Shown piece after piece: positions 1 to 10,151 of a stretch of 63,440 bases of DNA. This DNA comes from Abditibacteriaceae bacterium. GTDB lineage: Bacteria > Armatimonadota > Abditibacteriia > Abditibacteriales > Abditibacteriaceae. A program made the translations under genes and the position numbers. The notes under the pieces are model-generated. The model did not search any database. It worked only from the letters and a program-made list of their open reading frames with translations, and was not told the DNA's origin. Location of the stretch: contig JANMKN010000032.1 of the NCBI GenBank assembly GCA_031372065.1, positions 1 through 63,440 on the forward strand, written 5' to 3'. How positions within the stretch are numbered: the stretch's first letter is position 1; each line of letters starts with the position of its first letter.

Positions 1-498
1 ACTCACGGGCATTTCGATCACATTTTGGACAATCATTTGTGGAAAAGCGCCTTTGATGTGCCACTTTTGATGCATCAAGGTGATTTGTTTTTCGTTGAGC
101 GCCTTAAAGAGCAAGCGCTCTGGTTTGGTTTCTCCGCGCCGGAAGAAATTCCTCCCGATGCCTATTTTCAAGAAGGGCAAATTCTGACTGTCGGCAGCCA
201 AAAGGTTCATGTGCTTTACACGCCGGGCCATTCACCGGGGTCAGTTTCGTTTTACCTTGTTGAACAAGATGTTTGCCTATCGGGTGATGTCCTTTTCAAA
301 GGCAGCGCCGGACGCACCGATTTGCCGGGTTGCTCGGCAGAAAAATTAGGTAAATCTCTGCATCGCCTGCTGTCACTGCCAGAAACCACGCGTATTTTGC
401 CGGGGCATGGGCCGACCACAACTGTCGCTTACGAAAAGCGAACCAATCCGATTTATTTGTCGTTGCCTTCGGCAACAACAGCCGCCGTTTCGACATAA
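1..498 (+). CDS. MBL-fold metallo-hydrolase (glyoxalase II-like), 5'-partial
   Basis: Frame is open from base 1 and reads THGHFDH (HxHxDH); also TPGHSPG, SGDVLF, GRTDLPG, PGHG motifs. Confidence 0.9.
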   Translation, partial: THGHFDHILDNHLWKSAFDVPLLMHQGDLFFVERLKEQALWFGFSAPEEIPPDAYFQEGQILTVGSQKVHVLYTPGHSPGSVSFYLVEQDVCLSGDVLFKGSAGRTDLPGCSAEKLGKSLHRLLSLPETTRILPGHGPTTTVAYEKRTNPIYLSLPSATTAAVST

Positions 499-524
499 GA
501 GAGTTCAAGGAGCCAGCAGATTAC

Positions 525-1424
525 ATGGAAAAAGTTTCTTACGGCGGTTGGGACAATTGTTTCCGACTTTCCAACAAGTTAGTGGATTTAATCATTACAG
601 GCGATGTCGGCCCGCGCATTATTCGTTTTGGTTTCGTGGACGGCGCCAATGTCTTCAAGGAATTTGATGGCATGATGGGGAAAACTGGGGGCGAAGAATG
701 GCGAATTTACGGAGGCCATCGCTTGTGGCACGCGCCTGAATCCGAACCTCGCACTTACTGGCCGGATAACGTTCCGGTCAACATCGAAGACCACGGCGAT
801 TTCGTGCGCACGGTTCAAGAAGCCGAACCAACCACGCGCTTGCAAAAAGAGATGGATATTATTTTGTCGCCCGACAAAGCCGAGGTGAAAGTTGTGCATC
901 GCATTTATAATCATCACGAATGGGCCGCCGAATTTGCGCCGTGGGCTTTGTCAGTCATGGATGCCGGCGGAGTCGGCATCACGCCATTGCCGCCGCGCGG
1001 CACGCATCCCGAAAATTTGCTGCCCGCCAACACTTTGACACTGTGGTCATTCACCGCCATGAACGACCCCCGCTGGACATGGGGCGAAAAATATATTTTG
1101 CTGCGGCAAGATGTGGACAACGCGCGCCCGCAAAAAGTCGGCATGAAAAACACCTCCGGTTGGGCGGCTTATGCCAACGCTGGCAATTTATTCGTGACGA
1201 ATTTCGCTTACGATGCAAAAGCGACCTACGCCGACATGGGTTGTAATTTTGAAACCTTTACCAATGAAGCCATTTTAGAGGTCGAAACACTCGGCCCCTT
1301 AACGCGCGTCGAACCGGGCGAATGCGTCGAACATATTGAAACGTGGCAGCTTTTTTCTGGCGTGCCGTCGCCTCGCAGCGACGCCGATGTTGACGAACAC
1401 ATTTTGCCGTTACTCAAGAGGTGA
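525..1424 (+). CDS. Conserved hypothetical protein, galactose-mutarotase-like (DUF4380-like)
   Basis: 299 aa; GPRI, YGGHRLWHAPE and LEVETLGP motifs; AGGAG RBS upstream. Confidence 0.65.
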   Translation: MEKVSYGGWDNCFRLSNKLVDLIITGDVGPRIIRFGFVDGANVFKEFDGMMGKTGGEEWRIYGGHRLWHAPESEPRTYWPDNVPVNIEDHGDFVRTVQEAEPTTRLQKEMDIILSPDKAEVKVVHRIYNHHEWAAEFAPWALSVMDAGGVGITPLPPRGTHPENLLPANTLTLWSFTAMNDPRWTWGEKYILLRQDVDNARPQKVGMKNTSGWAAYANAGNLFVTNFAYDAKATYADMGCNFETFTNEAILEVETLGPLTRVEPGECVEHIETWQLFSGVPSPRSDADVDEHILPLLKR

Positions 1425-1429
1425 TTTTT

Positions 1430-1525
1430 ATGTCTCAATCGGGATGCGGCCCCGGCTGTGCCGGGATCGTGATGGGCATTCTGTTGTTGGTCGCCGCTTT
1501 AGCCGCCTTCGCACGCGGCTTTTGA
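1430..1525 (+). CDS. 31-aa small membrane protein (not in ORF track)
   Basis: MSQSGCGPGCAGIVMGILLLVAALAAFARGF*; GAGGTG RBS; fills the gap and its TGA abuts the ATG at 1526. Confidence 0.5.
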   Translation: MSQSGCGPGCAGIVMGILLLVAALAAFARGF

Positions 1526-3640
1526 ATGAAAAATTTGTTTCAACACAAAGGCCACAAAGAATACACAAAGATACACAAAGAAAAGGCGAAGAGACAGCCA
1601 TTATTCTCCCCTTTTTGTGTTCTCTGTGTATTCTTTGTGGCCTTTGTGTTTCCCTGCCTCGCCGATTGGCAGGCGCAAACAGTTGACTCGCTTCAAAAAA
1701 TAACCGCTCTCGCGCCCGGCGTGCTGGAAACCTACAAAAGCGAACCCGTTGTTTTGCGCGCCGTGCGCGGCGAATGGGAAAACTTTCAAATTGTCGTTCG
1801 TGCCGACGAAACTGCGCTTTCTGAAATTGACGTTTCGATTTCGGGATTACAAAGTCCCAACGGCGCTACGATTGGCACCGAAAATATTCATTTTTATTGG
1901 GAAAACTACGTTTATGTGCCACATCCCAGCGGCAACCGGCGCCTCGAAAAATTGTGGTGGCCGGACGCGCTAATTCCTCCCAATTTACAAAAAGATACTT
2001 CGATTGCGCCAAACCATGCGCGTGTTTTGTGGATCAATGTGCGCGTGCCGCAAAATACGCCACTTGGATATTATCAAGGCCACATTCAAATCCGCGCTGA
2101 TAACGAAACAAAAAGCGTGCCGTTTGCCGTGAGCGTCGGACGCGATAAAAAAACCGGCCTTGACACCCTGCCCGCGCCGACATTTCGCGCCAATGTCGCG
2201 GTTTATTATGATGTTTTGCGAGATTGGTATACAAAAAACGCCCGCCCACTTTCCGACGAAGAATTTGCACAACTCAAAAAAAATTACTACGATTTTTTGC
2301 TCGAATATCGCATCAACGCCTACGATTTGCCGGTTGAGTGGAAAAGCGACGCAGCGCAACAATATCTGCGCGACCCGCGCGTTTTGTCGGTGCGAACGCC
2401 GCCTTTAGATCGCCCTGATTTCGCTGAGGCTCTCGCCGCTTTCAAAAAAGCGGATGCACTCAAAAAAGCCTATTATTATTGGATTGATGAACCCGCGCCA
2501 GAACAATACGACGCCGTGAAAAGCGCTACAAAAAAACTGCGAGAACTCGGCATTGCGCATTGCGTGACGACGTTTCCCAACAAATCGCTGAAAAATGATG
2601 TTGACATTTGGTGCCCGAATATCGGCGATTTTTTTGGACTGAAGCATCTCGATTTCGCTTCATTAGCGGCTGAACGAAAAACGGGCGCTGAAATCTGGCT
2701 TTATACGATGGCATGGCCACGTCATCCCTATCCGACGTGGCTACTCGATGATGATGCCATCTCCATGCGAAGTTATGGTTGGCTGTGGGCGCAGAATAAT
2801 ATTACAGGTTTCGTTTACTCGATGGCACACGGTTGGGGGCCGAATCCGTTTGAAAACTTGCAATCTTTCGGTGAAACCAACGGCGACGGCACCTTACTTT
2901 ATCCTGCGGTTTTATTGGCTTCTCAAAATCTTTATCCGCTACCCAGCATTCGTCTAATGCTTTTGCGTGACGCCATTGAAGATTACGAACTGAGGCGCCA
3001 GCCCGCCAAAAAGGACTATGCATACAATTTTTTATTCGATACGCCCAATTGTAAAGATTCCAGAGCGCGTCTTGCGATTTACAGCGGCTCTTTGCCAAAA
3101 ATTAATGGCCGTTTGAATGATGCTTCGTGGAATAAAACCACGCTGTTAAAGCACGATTTACAAAGATTGCCGCAAGAAACGGCGCCCGTCTCAACGAAAG
3201 TTTGGATAAGTCATCATGATAAAAATCTATTAATTGCCGCGCGCTGTTCGCTCATGCCGCGCTCTTTGAAAACCGAAGTGAAAGGCGATTGGTTCGCCAT
3301 TGATTTGGCGACAAATAACAAGGAGCGCTTACGTTTTATCGTCACGCCAAGCGGCAAAGGCATCATCGAGAAACATACACGAGAAGGACATTTTCGCATC
3401 GAAGGCAGCAAATGGAAATTCGCCGCTCATGCTACGCGCGATTTTTACAACATCGAAATGCAAATTCCACTGGATGAAATCAATCTTAATAATCAATTTC
3501 GTTTTAATGCACGGCGACGTTTGCATGACACGCAATTGGATATTCACTATCTGCTAAATGCGTTTCAGGATGCCGAAGATGTCACTTTGATGCCAGTGGC
3601 CGAATTGTTAGAAGTTACAACAATTTTTTCCCGTTTTTAA
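1526..3640 (+). CDS. Secreted DUF4091/GH123-like glycoside hydrolase with CBM9-like C-terminal domain
   Basis: RGEWENFQ, WPDAL, YWIDEP, NGDGTLLYP, PSIRLMLLRDAIEDYE motifs; PKINGRLND..W in the C-terminal part. Confidence 0.7.
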   Translation: MKNLFQHKGHKEYTKIHKEKAKRQPLFSPFCVLCVFFVAFVFPCLADWQAQTVDSLQKITALAPGVLETYKSEPVVLRAVRGEWENFQIVVRADETALSEIDVSISGLQSPNGATIGTENIHFYWENYVYVPHPSGNRRLEKLWWPDALIPPNLQKDTSIAPNHARVLWINVRVPQNTPLGYYQGHIQIRADNETKSVPFAVSVGRDKKTGLDTLPAPTFRANVAVYYDVLRDWYTKNARPLSDEEFAQLKKNYYDFLLEYRINAYDLPVEWKSDAAQQYLRDPRVLSVRTPPLDRPDFAEALAAFKKADALKKAYYYWIDEPAPEQYDAVKSATKKLRELGIAHCVTTFPNKSLKNDVDIWCPNIGDFFGLKHLDFASLAAERKTGAEIWLYTMAWPRHPYPTWLLDDDAISMRSYGWLWAQNNITGFVYSMAHGWGPNPFENLQSFGETNGDGTLLYPAVLLASQNLYPLPSIRLMLLRDAIEDYELRRQPAKKDYAYNFLFDTPNCKDSRARLAIYSGSLPKINGRLNDASWNKTTLLKHDLQRLPQETAPVSTKVWISHHDKNLLIAARCSLMPRSLKTEVKGDWFAIDLATNNKERLRFIVTPSGKGIIEKHTREGHFRIEGSKWKFAAHATRDFYNIEMQIPLDEINLNNQFRFNARRRLHDTQLDIHYLLNAFQDAEDVTLMPVAELLEVTTIFSRF
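1542..1650. repeat. REP-like palindrome built from CACAAAG units, inside the 5' end of the CDS
   Basis: 26-bp perfect inverted arms at 1542-1567 and 1625-1650. Confidence 0.85.
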
Positions 3641-3883
3641 CCCTGAACCGCCACTTTTCAAGCCGAGAAGCCAGTTTTCAGCGTAAGTGCGTGATTTTCA
3701 AGCTGAGAAGCCATATTTCAATCGTGAGGATGCATATTTCAGACTGAGAAGCCATATTTCAGGCTGAGAAGCCATATTTCAGGCTGAGAAGCCATATTTC
3801 AGGCTGAGAAGCCATATTTCAGGCTGAGAAGCCATATTTCAGGCTGAGAAGCCATATTTCAACGGAAAAATGGCTTCTCAGCC
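3640..3883. repeat. 20-bp tandem array (AGGCTGAGAAGCCATATTTC), about 11 units plus one inverted partial copy
   Basis: Five identical units 3761-3860, degenerate units 3640-3760, inverted ATGGCTTCTCAGCC at 3870-3883. Confidence 0.95.
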
Positions 3884-3903
3884 AAAAAAACCGTTACTTA
3901 AGT

Positions 3904-5424
3904 CTATTGCTTGCCAAAAATGATGGGCAGTATCTTCTGATTGACAACCAAGCCAAACATTACCACGAAAAATAAGCCGGACAGCACAAGACCACATTGC
4001 TTGGCGCGCGAAGGACGCAATTCAGCGGGCAGAAAGCGCAAATTCACATAAAGTGTGTGAAAAATCGTGGCGGCGATGGCTAAATTCGCCATATTGCCCG
4101 CGATTTTCATCATGTCGGTGGCCGAAAGGCCGGGGAAAAACGTAAAAGCCGCTACGCCAAAGATGATAAACAGTCCGGCAAAGCCATAATAGATGAATTT
4201 CACATGATGCTTGTCCATCAAGCGCACGCGACGGCTACTACTCCAAACCACATCCGTCCAACGGCGCGCGGTGACATCTACCGCGTAAAACTGGCCGGGA
4301 ATCATAATAATGAGGCCCATCAGCAAAGTCAGATTGCGAAAAAGCTCGCCATGCACGGCGCCAAAACCTTGCGCCATTGCGGCGGCCCATTTCCAGTTGT
4401 CGCCTAAATCTTTGGCTTGCAAATACTGCGCGCCCAAAGTGCAAGGCAGCATCATGGCAATTAGCGAACCCGCCGCCCAAACCAAATATTGGTCAATCAG
4501 CAAATAACGCAACCAACCGCGAAAACGTCCTTTGGTTTCTTTGTCCACTTTGCACATCATGCCGATATGTGACAACTGAATATCATGCCCACCAATGGCC
4601 GAAGGAATGGCGCCCACCTTACTGCCCATGCCCCAGCCTTTTTCGCGCACAAAGTTGCTCGCCATGATGTTACCCAAGCCGCCGACGCCTGAATAACCCG
4701 CTAAAGCCGCGATCAGGCTCCAATCTACCGTAGCGTTGCCCTGTGCATCCAGCGGGAGACGCGTAAAATCGAAAAGACCGCCCCAAATTTCGCCCCAAGT
4801 CACCGCCGAAACGTAAAACACATTGACGAATATCATGAAAAACAGCGTGGCGAGGAACTTTCCGCCCATGACAATTTGCAAGGTGTTGTAAATCTTGCCG
4901 CCGAAAAGGGGCAGCAAGCCGCACAATATAAAAATGACGTAGCTCCATTGGCGCACGGCATCTTCGGAAATCACATCGGCGGGGCCTAATTTATGGATTG
5001 CCACCACGATAATCTGCGCGGCAAGGCCGGCCTGCGCGGGCCACCAACTGCCGACATCCAGCAACAGATAAATCACCGACCAAAATTTCGGGCCGGGTTT
5101 GGTGCGCATAAAGCCCGTCATAATCGGCTCGCCGGTGCAAAGCGTGTAGCGCATCACTTCGGTATTAAGCACCACTTGCGCGGCGATGGAAAGCAGCACG
5201 ACCCACATCAGCGCGCCATGATATTGCGCCGCTGTTTTCGGCCCCATCACCCATTCGCCGGTGCCGATAGAGCCACCCGCCAAAACCAAACCGGGGCCAA
5301 TAAGCGCCAACATCTTGCGCGCTTTGAGCGGCTCCGATTCGGGAAGTTCGCCGACATCCCACGCAGGCAAACAGCCGGGGTCAACAGTCTGACTTGCTTT
5401 TAAAACTTCGCTCTGACCACTCAA
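3904..5424 (-). CDS. Nramp/APC-superfamily-like membrane transporter
   Basis: IGPGLVLAGGSIGTGEW and RYTLCTGEP motifs; many hydrophobic helices. Confidence 0.75.
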   Translation of the reverse strand: MSGQSEVLKASQTVDPGCLPAWDVGELPESEPLKARKMLALIGPGLVLAGGSIGTGEWVMGPKTAAQYHGALMWVVLLSIAAQVVLNTEVMRYTLCTGEPIMTGFMRTKPGPKFWSVIYLLLDVGSWWPAQAGLAAQIIVVAIHKLGPADVISEDAVRQWSYVIFILCGLLPLFGGKIYNTLQIVMGGKFLATLFFMIFVNVFYVSAVTWGEIWGGLFDFTRLPLDAQGNATVDWSLIAALAGYSGVGGLGNIMASNFVREKGWGMGSKVGAIPSAIGGHDIQLSHIGMMCKVDKETKGRFRGWLRYLLIDQYLVWAAGSLIAMMLPCTLGAQYLQAKDLGDNWKWAAAMAQGFGAVHGELFRNLTLLMGLIIMIPGQFYAVDVTARRWTDVVWSSSRRVRLMDKHHVKFIYYGFAGLFIIFGVAAFTFFPGLSATDMMKIAGNMANLAIAATIFHTLYVNLRFLPAELRPSRAKQCGLVLSGLFFVVMFGLVVNQKILPIIFGKQ

Positions 5425-5515
5425 AATGTTCTTTCCTTTGGAGACAGTTTTCTGGCTTGCAGAATATCATACTTGATTCCGCTTGAACTCGAAAAACTTC
5501 CACAATCCCGCGAAC

Positions 5516-5553
5516 AAAAACTCCGCCCAATGGAATGTTGAGGCGGAGTTTTT
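5516..5553. terminator. Intrinsic terminator, probably for the minus-strand gene ending at 5565
   Basis: AAAAACTCCGCC...GGCGGAGTTTTT stem with A/T tracts on both sides. Confidence 0.7.
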
Positions 5554-5564
5554 CTATTTTTGAT

Positions 5565-6473
5565 TTAGCGCGAGGAGCCACGCACGCCGACAGTGTAACC
5601 AACACCAACAGGACTCTCTTCTGTAGTGCGGCGCGAGGAGCCACGCACGCCGACAGTGTAGCCAATGCCAATCGAAGGACGCGTGGAACGACTTTGGCCG
5701 TTATTAGCGATGCCTAAAAAGATTTTCAGGCTGCCCTTTGGCTGCCAGACAACGCCCAAAGCGTGCGGAGCGCGCACATCGGGCACATTGAGGCCACCAA
5801 TTGGGCCGTCCACGCCCATCCGCTGGCGCACTTCAGCAAAAGCGCGCAGATTCTTCAACAACTCCATGTCCAGCCCGACATAAGGCACCAACTCGCGGCG
5901 TTGAATGCCCCACAAATTGTTGGCATACATCAAACCCAAATGCAGATTCGCCGTTTTGCTGGCGCTTTGGTTTAACGCCGTGGCAAAGCGCGCGGCGATA
6001 AAGCCGGTTTCACCATCAAGATCGCCGCCACTGAGAAAATTGCCGCCAATTATCACGTCGGGACGCCCATCTACTTTGCCGCGCAAGAGACGCACTTTCA
6101 GCGAAGCACCATTTGAAGGATCGGCTTTGGCACCCGCTGTAGGATTTAGGCGCAAGTGGTTGATGCCCAATTCGATGTTCTCTGTCACGCCATAGGTCAA
6201 ACCATACGAGGCTAAAGTGCGATTGCCGCCAAGCGCACCGGGAGCATCTTGGGGAATCGCCAAGGCAGACGGCGTCAATTCGCCCTTTTGAGGCATCTCC
6301 GCCGTCGGATTGAGCAACAAACCGCCGGGGCCATAAATCGAAGCGCAGGACGGCTTTTCGGCCATAATTCCAGCCGAAACAACGACAAAAAAGACAACTG
6401 CCCGTTTATACGCAGCGCGAAAACCCGTTGTGATTGCGTTCAAGAGAGGCTCCTTGAATTTCAAGATAGGCAT
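5565..6473 (-). CDS. Outer-membrane beta-barrel-like protein (YjbH-like); start uncertain (ORF open to 6716)
   Basis: Signal-like segment followed by SIYGPGGLLLNPTAE; amphipathic beta strands. Confidence 0.55.
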   Translation of the reverse strand: MPILKFKEPLLNAITTGFRAAYKRAVVFFVVVSAGIMAEKPSCASIYGPGGLLLNPTAEMPQKGELTPSALAIPQDAPGALGGNRTLASYGLTYGVTENIELGINHLRLNPTAGAKADPSNGASLKVRLLRGKVDGRPDVIIGGNFLSGGDLDGETGFIAARFATALNQSASKTANLHLGLMYANNLWGIQRRELVPYVGLDMELLKNLRAFAEVRQRMGVDGPIGGLNVPDVRAPHALGVVWQPKGSLKIFLGIANNGQSRSTRPSIGIGYTVGVRGSSRRTTEESPVGVGYTVGVRGSSR

Positions 6474-6832
6474 AGTTCTACTGGTATTGGAAAGCGGTGT
6501 CAAAGAAGTCGTTGTTCCAGTGGCATCAAATGCGATGTTGTGCAGCGAGATCGCATGAGAATTTTTTGCCGCCATCCGTGCGGATGACAGCGCAACGACG
6601 GTTTGCGCGGACGGCGATGGAACAATCGGCTTTTGAACTTCAAAGTGCCCTGTGACTTTGGAGCGCACATTTGCCTCCGACACAGTTTTTAAGCTATCCT
6701 TATAAGCGCCCTTCAATGTGGGCGCTTTTCTGTTGTCTCGTTTAGTATCAGTCGCGCCCTGTCAGGTTTTTGCCGCACCGGTCTTGTTGTCCGCGTCGTC
6801 GCATCATCGCAGCCTTGGGCGAAGGATCGTCA

Positions 6833-8518
6833 ATGAAGTTTCTGAAGTTTCCCTCACTGTTGTCGCACACCACTGCGTCTCGCCTGCTGATTTTGCCGGT
6901 ATGGGGCGCAATCCTCATCGCGGCCCCGTTTTCGGTGCAAGCGAAACCCGCCAATCAACTCTTGGGAGGGCCGATTATGCCCACTCCCAAAGCAGTTGAA
7001 ACAACGCCTGCGCCTGCAAAAAGCACTTTTCCGGCTTCCAACGCCACGTTTGCCCAAGCCAGCGGGATTTTGGGCGGTGCATTATCCAAACCAGTCAATC
7101 CGGCAGAAGCAGGTCAAACGGAGGAAGCGACCTCCACGCAAAACACGCCAACAATTGATGTCAGCGCGATTCGCCGCTTGAAAGTCAGCGGCGCCGATGT
7201 GCCCGAAACGCCGATGCCCGTGGGAAAATTGGATATTTTGGCGCCGATTTCCACGCAATTTCAAAAATTGGGCATCACAGTCACACGCGCGGCCATCGAA
7301 AACGTGCCGGGGAACGCCCAAACGCCCACCGAAGACGTTTATTTTCAATTAAACCTGCCCGGCGACGACGCCAAACCCATTGTTATGGCTGTTGGCAAGC
7401 GCGTGGCTTACATAGATCAAGTCGAAAAACCACTCAGCGCACCGCCGTTTGTCATCAAAGATAAAGTCACCAAAGAAGACAAACTGTGGCTACCCGTTCT
7501 TTCTCTGGCGCCGTTGATTGGCGCTGCACCGCGTCTGGCGCCTGATGGCACGTTGTATCTCAATCCCACCATTCAAAGCGTGGAATTGTTCCTTGTCAAA
7601 GGCGTGCCCGCTTTGACTATCAAAACCTCGGCGCCCATTCCTGACGGTGGCCCGCTCAATGGCGGCCCGCAAATTGGCACAATAGACGACCCGGACCGCA
7701 TCTATATTGATTTTCCGGGTTACGCTTTGGGTTTGGATGCCATCAACACGCCTGCCCCGCGCGTGGTGGCGCCGGGCGTGGGCGATATTTCGCAAGCGCG
7801 CGCCGGGTTATTCCAACAATTCCCCGACACAGCGCGCGTAACGCTCGATTTGAAAACTCCGATGCGTTACACCTTGCAAACCATGCCGGATCGCACCATT
7901 TTCGCGATGGTGATTTTCGATCCAACGAAAACGGTGCAAGCGGCATCGCCCACCAATTTGAACGTTTCACTGCAAGGACTGACCATTGTCGTGGATGCCG
8001 GGCATGGCGGACACGATAGCGGAGCGCGCGGCAACCTGAGCGCCGAGAAAAATCATGCTCTGGATATTGCGCGGCGTCTTCGCGATGAACTTGATAAGCG
8101 CGGCGCGACAGCCTTAATGACGCGCGACGGCGACTATTTCGTGACCTTGCAAGGCCGCTGCGATTTCGCGAATTCCCGACAGGCCGACCTTTTCATTTCC
8201 TGTCACATTGACTCCGCCACAGCAGGCGCCACAGGCAGCACAACCTATTACACCACTGCGACCTCACAGCTTTTTGCCCGCGAAGTGCAAAATGAACTGG
8301 CTAAAGCCACCAGATTGCACAGCAAAGGCATTATTCAACGCGGTCTTTATGTGACACGCAACACAAATATGCCGTCCGTGTTGACCGAAACGTGTTATAT
8401 TTCAAATCCGCGCGAAGAGAAAATCTTGATGGATGCCAACTTTCGGCAACGCGTCGCTGTTGGTTTGGCGCAAGGCATTTCCAATTATATTGCGCGCTAC
8501 GGCAAACCCAAAAGATAG
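6833..8518 (+). CDS. N-acetylmuramoyl-L-alanine amidase (AMIN + Amidase_3)
   Basis: DAGHGGHD, EKN, FISCH, LTETCYISN Zn-ligand motifs; signal peptide; PDRIYIDF AMIN-like segment. Confidence 0.9.
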   Translation: MKFLKFPSLLSHTTASRLLILPVWGAILIAAPFSVQAKPANQLLGGPIMPTPKAVETTPAPAKSTFPASNATFAQASGILGGALSKPVNPAEAGQTEEATSTQNTPTIDVSAIRRLKVSGADVPETPMPVGKLDILAPISTQFQKLGITVTRAAIENVPGNAQTPTEDVYFQLNLPGDDAKPIVMAVGKRVAYIDQVEKPLSAPPFVIKDKVTKEDKLWLPVLSLAPLIGAAPRLAPDGTLYLNPTIQSVELFLVKGVPALTIKTSAPIPDGGPLNGGPQIGTIDDPDRIYIDFPGYALGLDAINTPAPRVVAPGVGDISQARAGLFQQFPDTARVTLDLKTPMRYTLQTMPDRTIFAMVIFDPTKTVQAASPTNLNVSLQGLTIVVDAGHGGHDSGARGNLSAEKNHALDIARRLRDELDKRGATALMTRDGDYFVTLQGRCDFANSRQADLFISCHIDSATAGATGSTTYYTTATSQLFAREVQNELAKATRLHSKGIIQRGLYVTRNTNMPSVLTETCYISNPREEKILMDANFRQRVAVGLAQGISNYIARYGKPKR

Positions 8519-8592
8519 TTCAAAGTGGCAAGTTTAAGGTTCAAATTCGTTATTTGCGAACCTTGAGCCTTGAACTTTGAACCTTGAACTTT
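8519..8592. repeat. Heptamer-based inverted repeat (GTTCAAR / YTTGAAC)
   Basis: ttcaaag..gtttaag gttcaaa mirrored by cttgagc cttgaac tttgaac cttgaac. Confidence 0.7.
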
Positions 8593-9306
8593 ATGAACGA
8601 TCCCGATCTCCGCGAGCCTGAACCCGTTTTAATGCCGTCCCAAATGTGGCAGCCTTGGACGCTTATCGTGCCCGCGATTTTGCTGCTCCCCTTGCTGGCT
8701 TTGGCCTTCTCGTGGCAAATTTCGCCATCCGATGATTCCGATTTGCGCCATCCCTCTTATCATCATCCGCGTGACACCCAAACGCCCGCACCGAAACCGA
8801 CAGCGCAACCAACACCAATTGCCAAGTTGCCCTCATCGAACAAATTTACTATGTTCGTGCCGGATGATAACGGTAAATTGGATTCCAAAACATTTCTGAC
8901 TATCGGCGGAGCGGGTAAAGCTGACTTCGTAGGTGCAGGCACGAACGCGCTGAAAAATCTATTTCCTGCTGCGCCGGAGTATTTTCCACCGGGCACGCAA
9001 CTGCAAAGTTTGTCGCAAGACGAATCCGATCCCTCGCAAGTGCGCGTTTCGTTGAACGAAAAATTCTGGAATTCCGAATATTGGTCGGGCACTTCGCGCA
9101 CCGACGCCGCTCTGCAAGCCATTGTGCACACGATTGAAGCCGCTTATCACCAAACCGGCGGCAGTGGCCCACTGCATATTCAACTTTTACGCGACGATCA
9201 GGAAATGGATGTTTTAGGCGAGTATGATATGCGCGAACCTTACACGTCCGACCCAGCCGCCCTTGCTGCTAAATCTTCCAAAATGGCGCCGGTGACGAAG
9301 CCTTGA
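8593..9306 (+). CDS. GerMN domain membrane protein
   Basis: N-terminal TM helix, FPPGTQLQSL, ALQAIVHTI; typical position before murI. Confidence 0.7.
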   Translation: MNDPDLREPEPVLMPSQMWQPWTLIVPAILLLPLLALAFSWQISPSDDSDLRHPSYHHPRDTQTPAPKPTAQPTPIAKLPSSNKFTMFVPDDNGKLDSKTFLTIGGAGKADFVGAGTNALKNLFPAAPEYFPPGTQLQSLSQDESDPSQVRVSLNEKFWNSEYWSGTSRTDAALQAIVHTIEAAYHQTGGSGPLHIQLLRDDQEMDVLGEYDMREPYTSDPAALAAKSSKMAPVTKP

Positions 9307-10151
9307 CCGTTGAAGTTTCGCCCGCGTCTTTCCCTCTTATTGGTATTCGTGACAGCGGCGTTGGCGGCTTGACCGTTGCCCGTTGTATTCGCCAATTGCT
9401 GCCCGATGCGCCGCAGTTGTATTTCGCGGATACAGCGCACGTTCCTTACGGAGACCGCACACCGCAGGAAGTGCGCCATTTTGCACTCAATATTTCGCAA
9501 TTCTTGATTGAGCAAGGCGCACAAATTATTGTGTTTGCTTGCAATACGACCTCGGCGCACGCTTTAGGCGCCGCACGCGAAAAATTTTCGGTGCCGGTTT
9601 TCGGCATGATCGAACCTGGTGCAAAAGCCGCCTTGCAAATCGCGCAAGGCGAAGATATTGGCGTTTTAGCCACACAAAGCACAGTGGACAGCGGGGTTTA
9701 CCCGGCGACCATCGAAAAATTACATTCCGGCACAAGGTGCTGGCAAATCGCCTGTCCCGAATTTGTGCCACTGGTAGAAAATGAACAAAGCGAATCCATC
9801 GCCGCGCGGCGTGCCTGTCGCTATTCCTTAAAGCCGCTACGCGAAGCGGGAGTGCGCACCGTCATTCTGGGCTGCACACACTACCCGCTTTTGCTGCCGA
9901 TTTTGCAGGACGAAGCGCCGGAAATCACTTTCGTTGACCCTGCCGAAGCCGTCGCCCACGAAGTCGCCTGTTTGTTTAAGGGAGTCGGGAGTTCCAGCGC
10001 GCCACAAGACGTTTATTTCGTCAGCGGCCTGCGCGAAGGCGTGCGCGATTGGATCGAAAAACTGATGAAAAATCCCGTCCCCGACATCCGGCGCGGCCCT
10101 GTTTTCGATTTGCCATTGACTTCTGAACACCAAAACTATGAGACCAGATAA
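9303..10151 (+). CDS. murI: Glutamate racemase
   Basis: [23 protein letters not shown]. Confidence 0.97.
   Translation: MTVEVSPASFPLIGIRDSGVGGLTVARCIRQLLPDAPQLYFADTAHVPYGDRTPQEVRHFALNISQFLIEQGAQIIVFACNTTSAHALGAAREKFSVPVFGMIEPGAKAALQIAQGEDIGVLATQSTVDSGVYPATIEKLHSGTRCWQIACPEFVPLVENEQSESIAARRACRYSLKPLREAGVRTVILGCTHYPLLLPILQDEAPEITFVDPAEAVAHEVACLFKGVGSSSAPQDVYFVSGLREGVRDWIEKLMKNPVPDIRRGPVFDLPLTSEHQNYETR

Noticed and set aside
3640..3883. CRISPR call for this array or those at 11.5, 29.6 and 61.9 kb
   Set aside because: Periods are only 20-22 bp, variable parts are 0-8 nt and recur, and there are no cas genes in the window
6474..6832. N-terminal extensions of the divergent ORFs (to 6716 and from 6770)
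   Set aside because: Signal peptides begin downstream of these extensions, so the region is more likely a divergent promoter region
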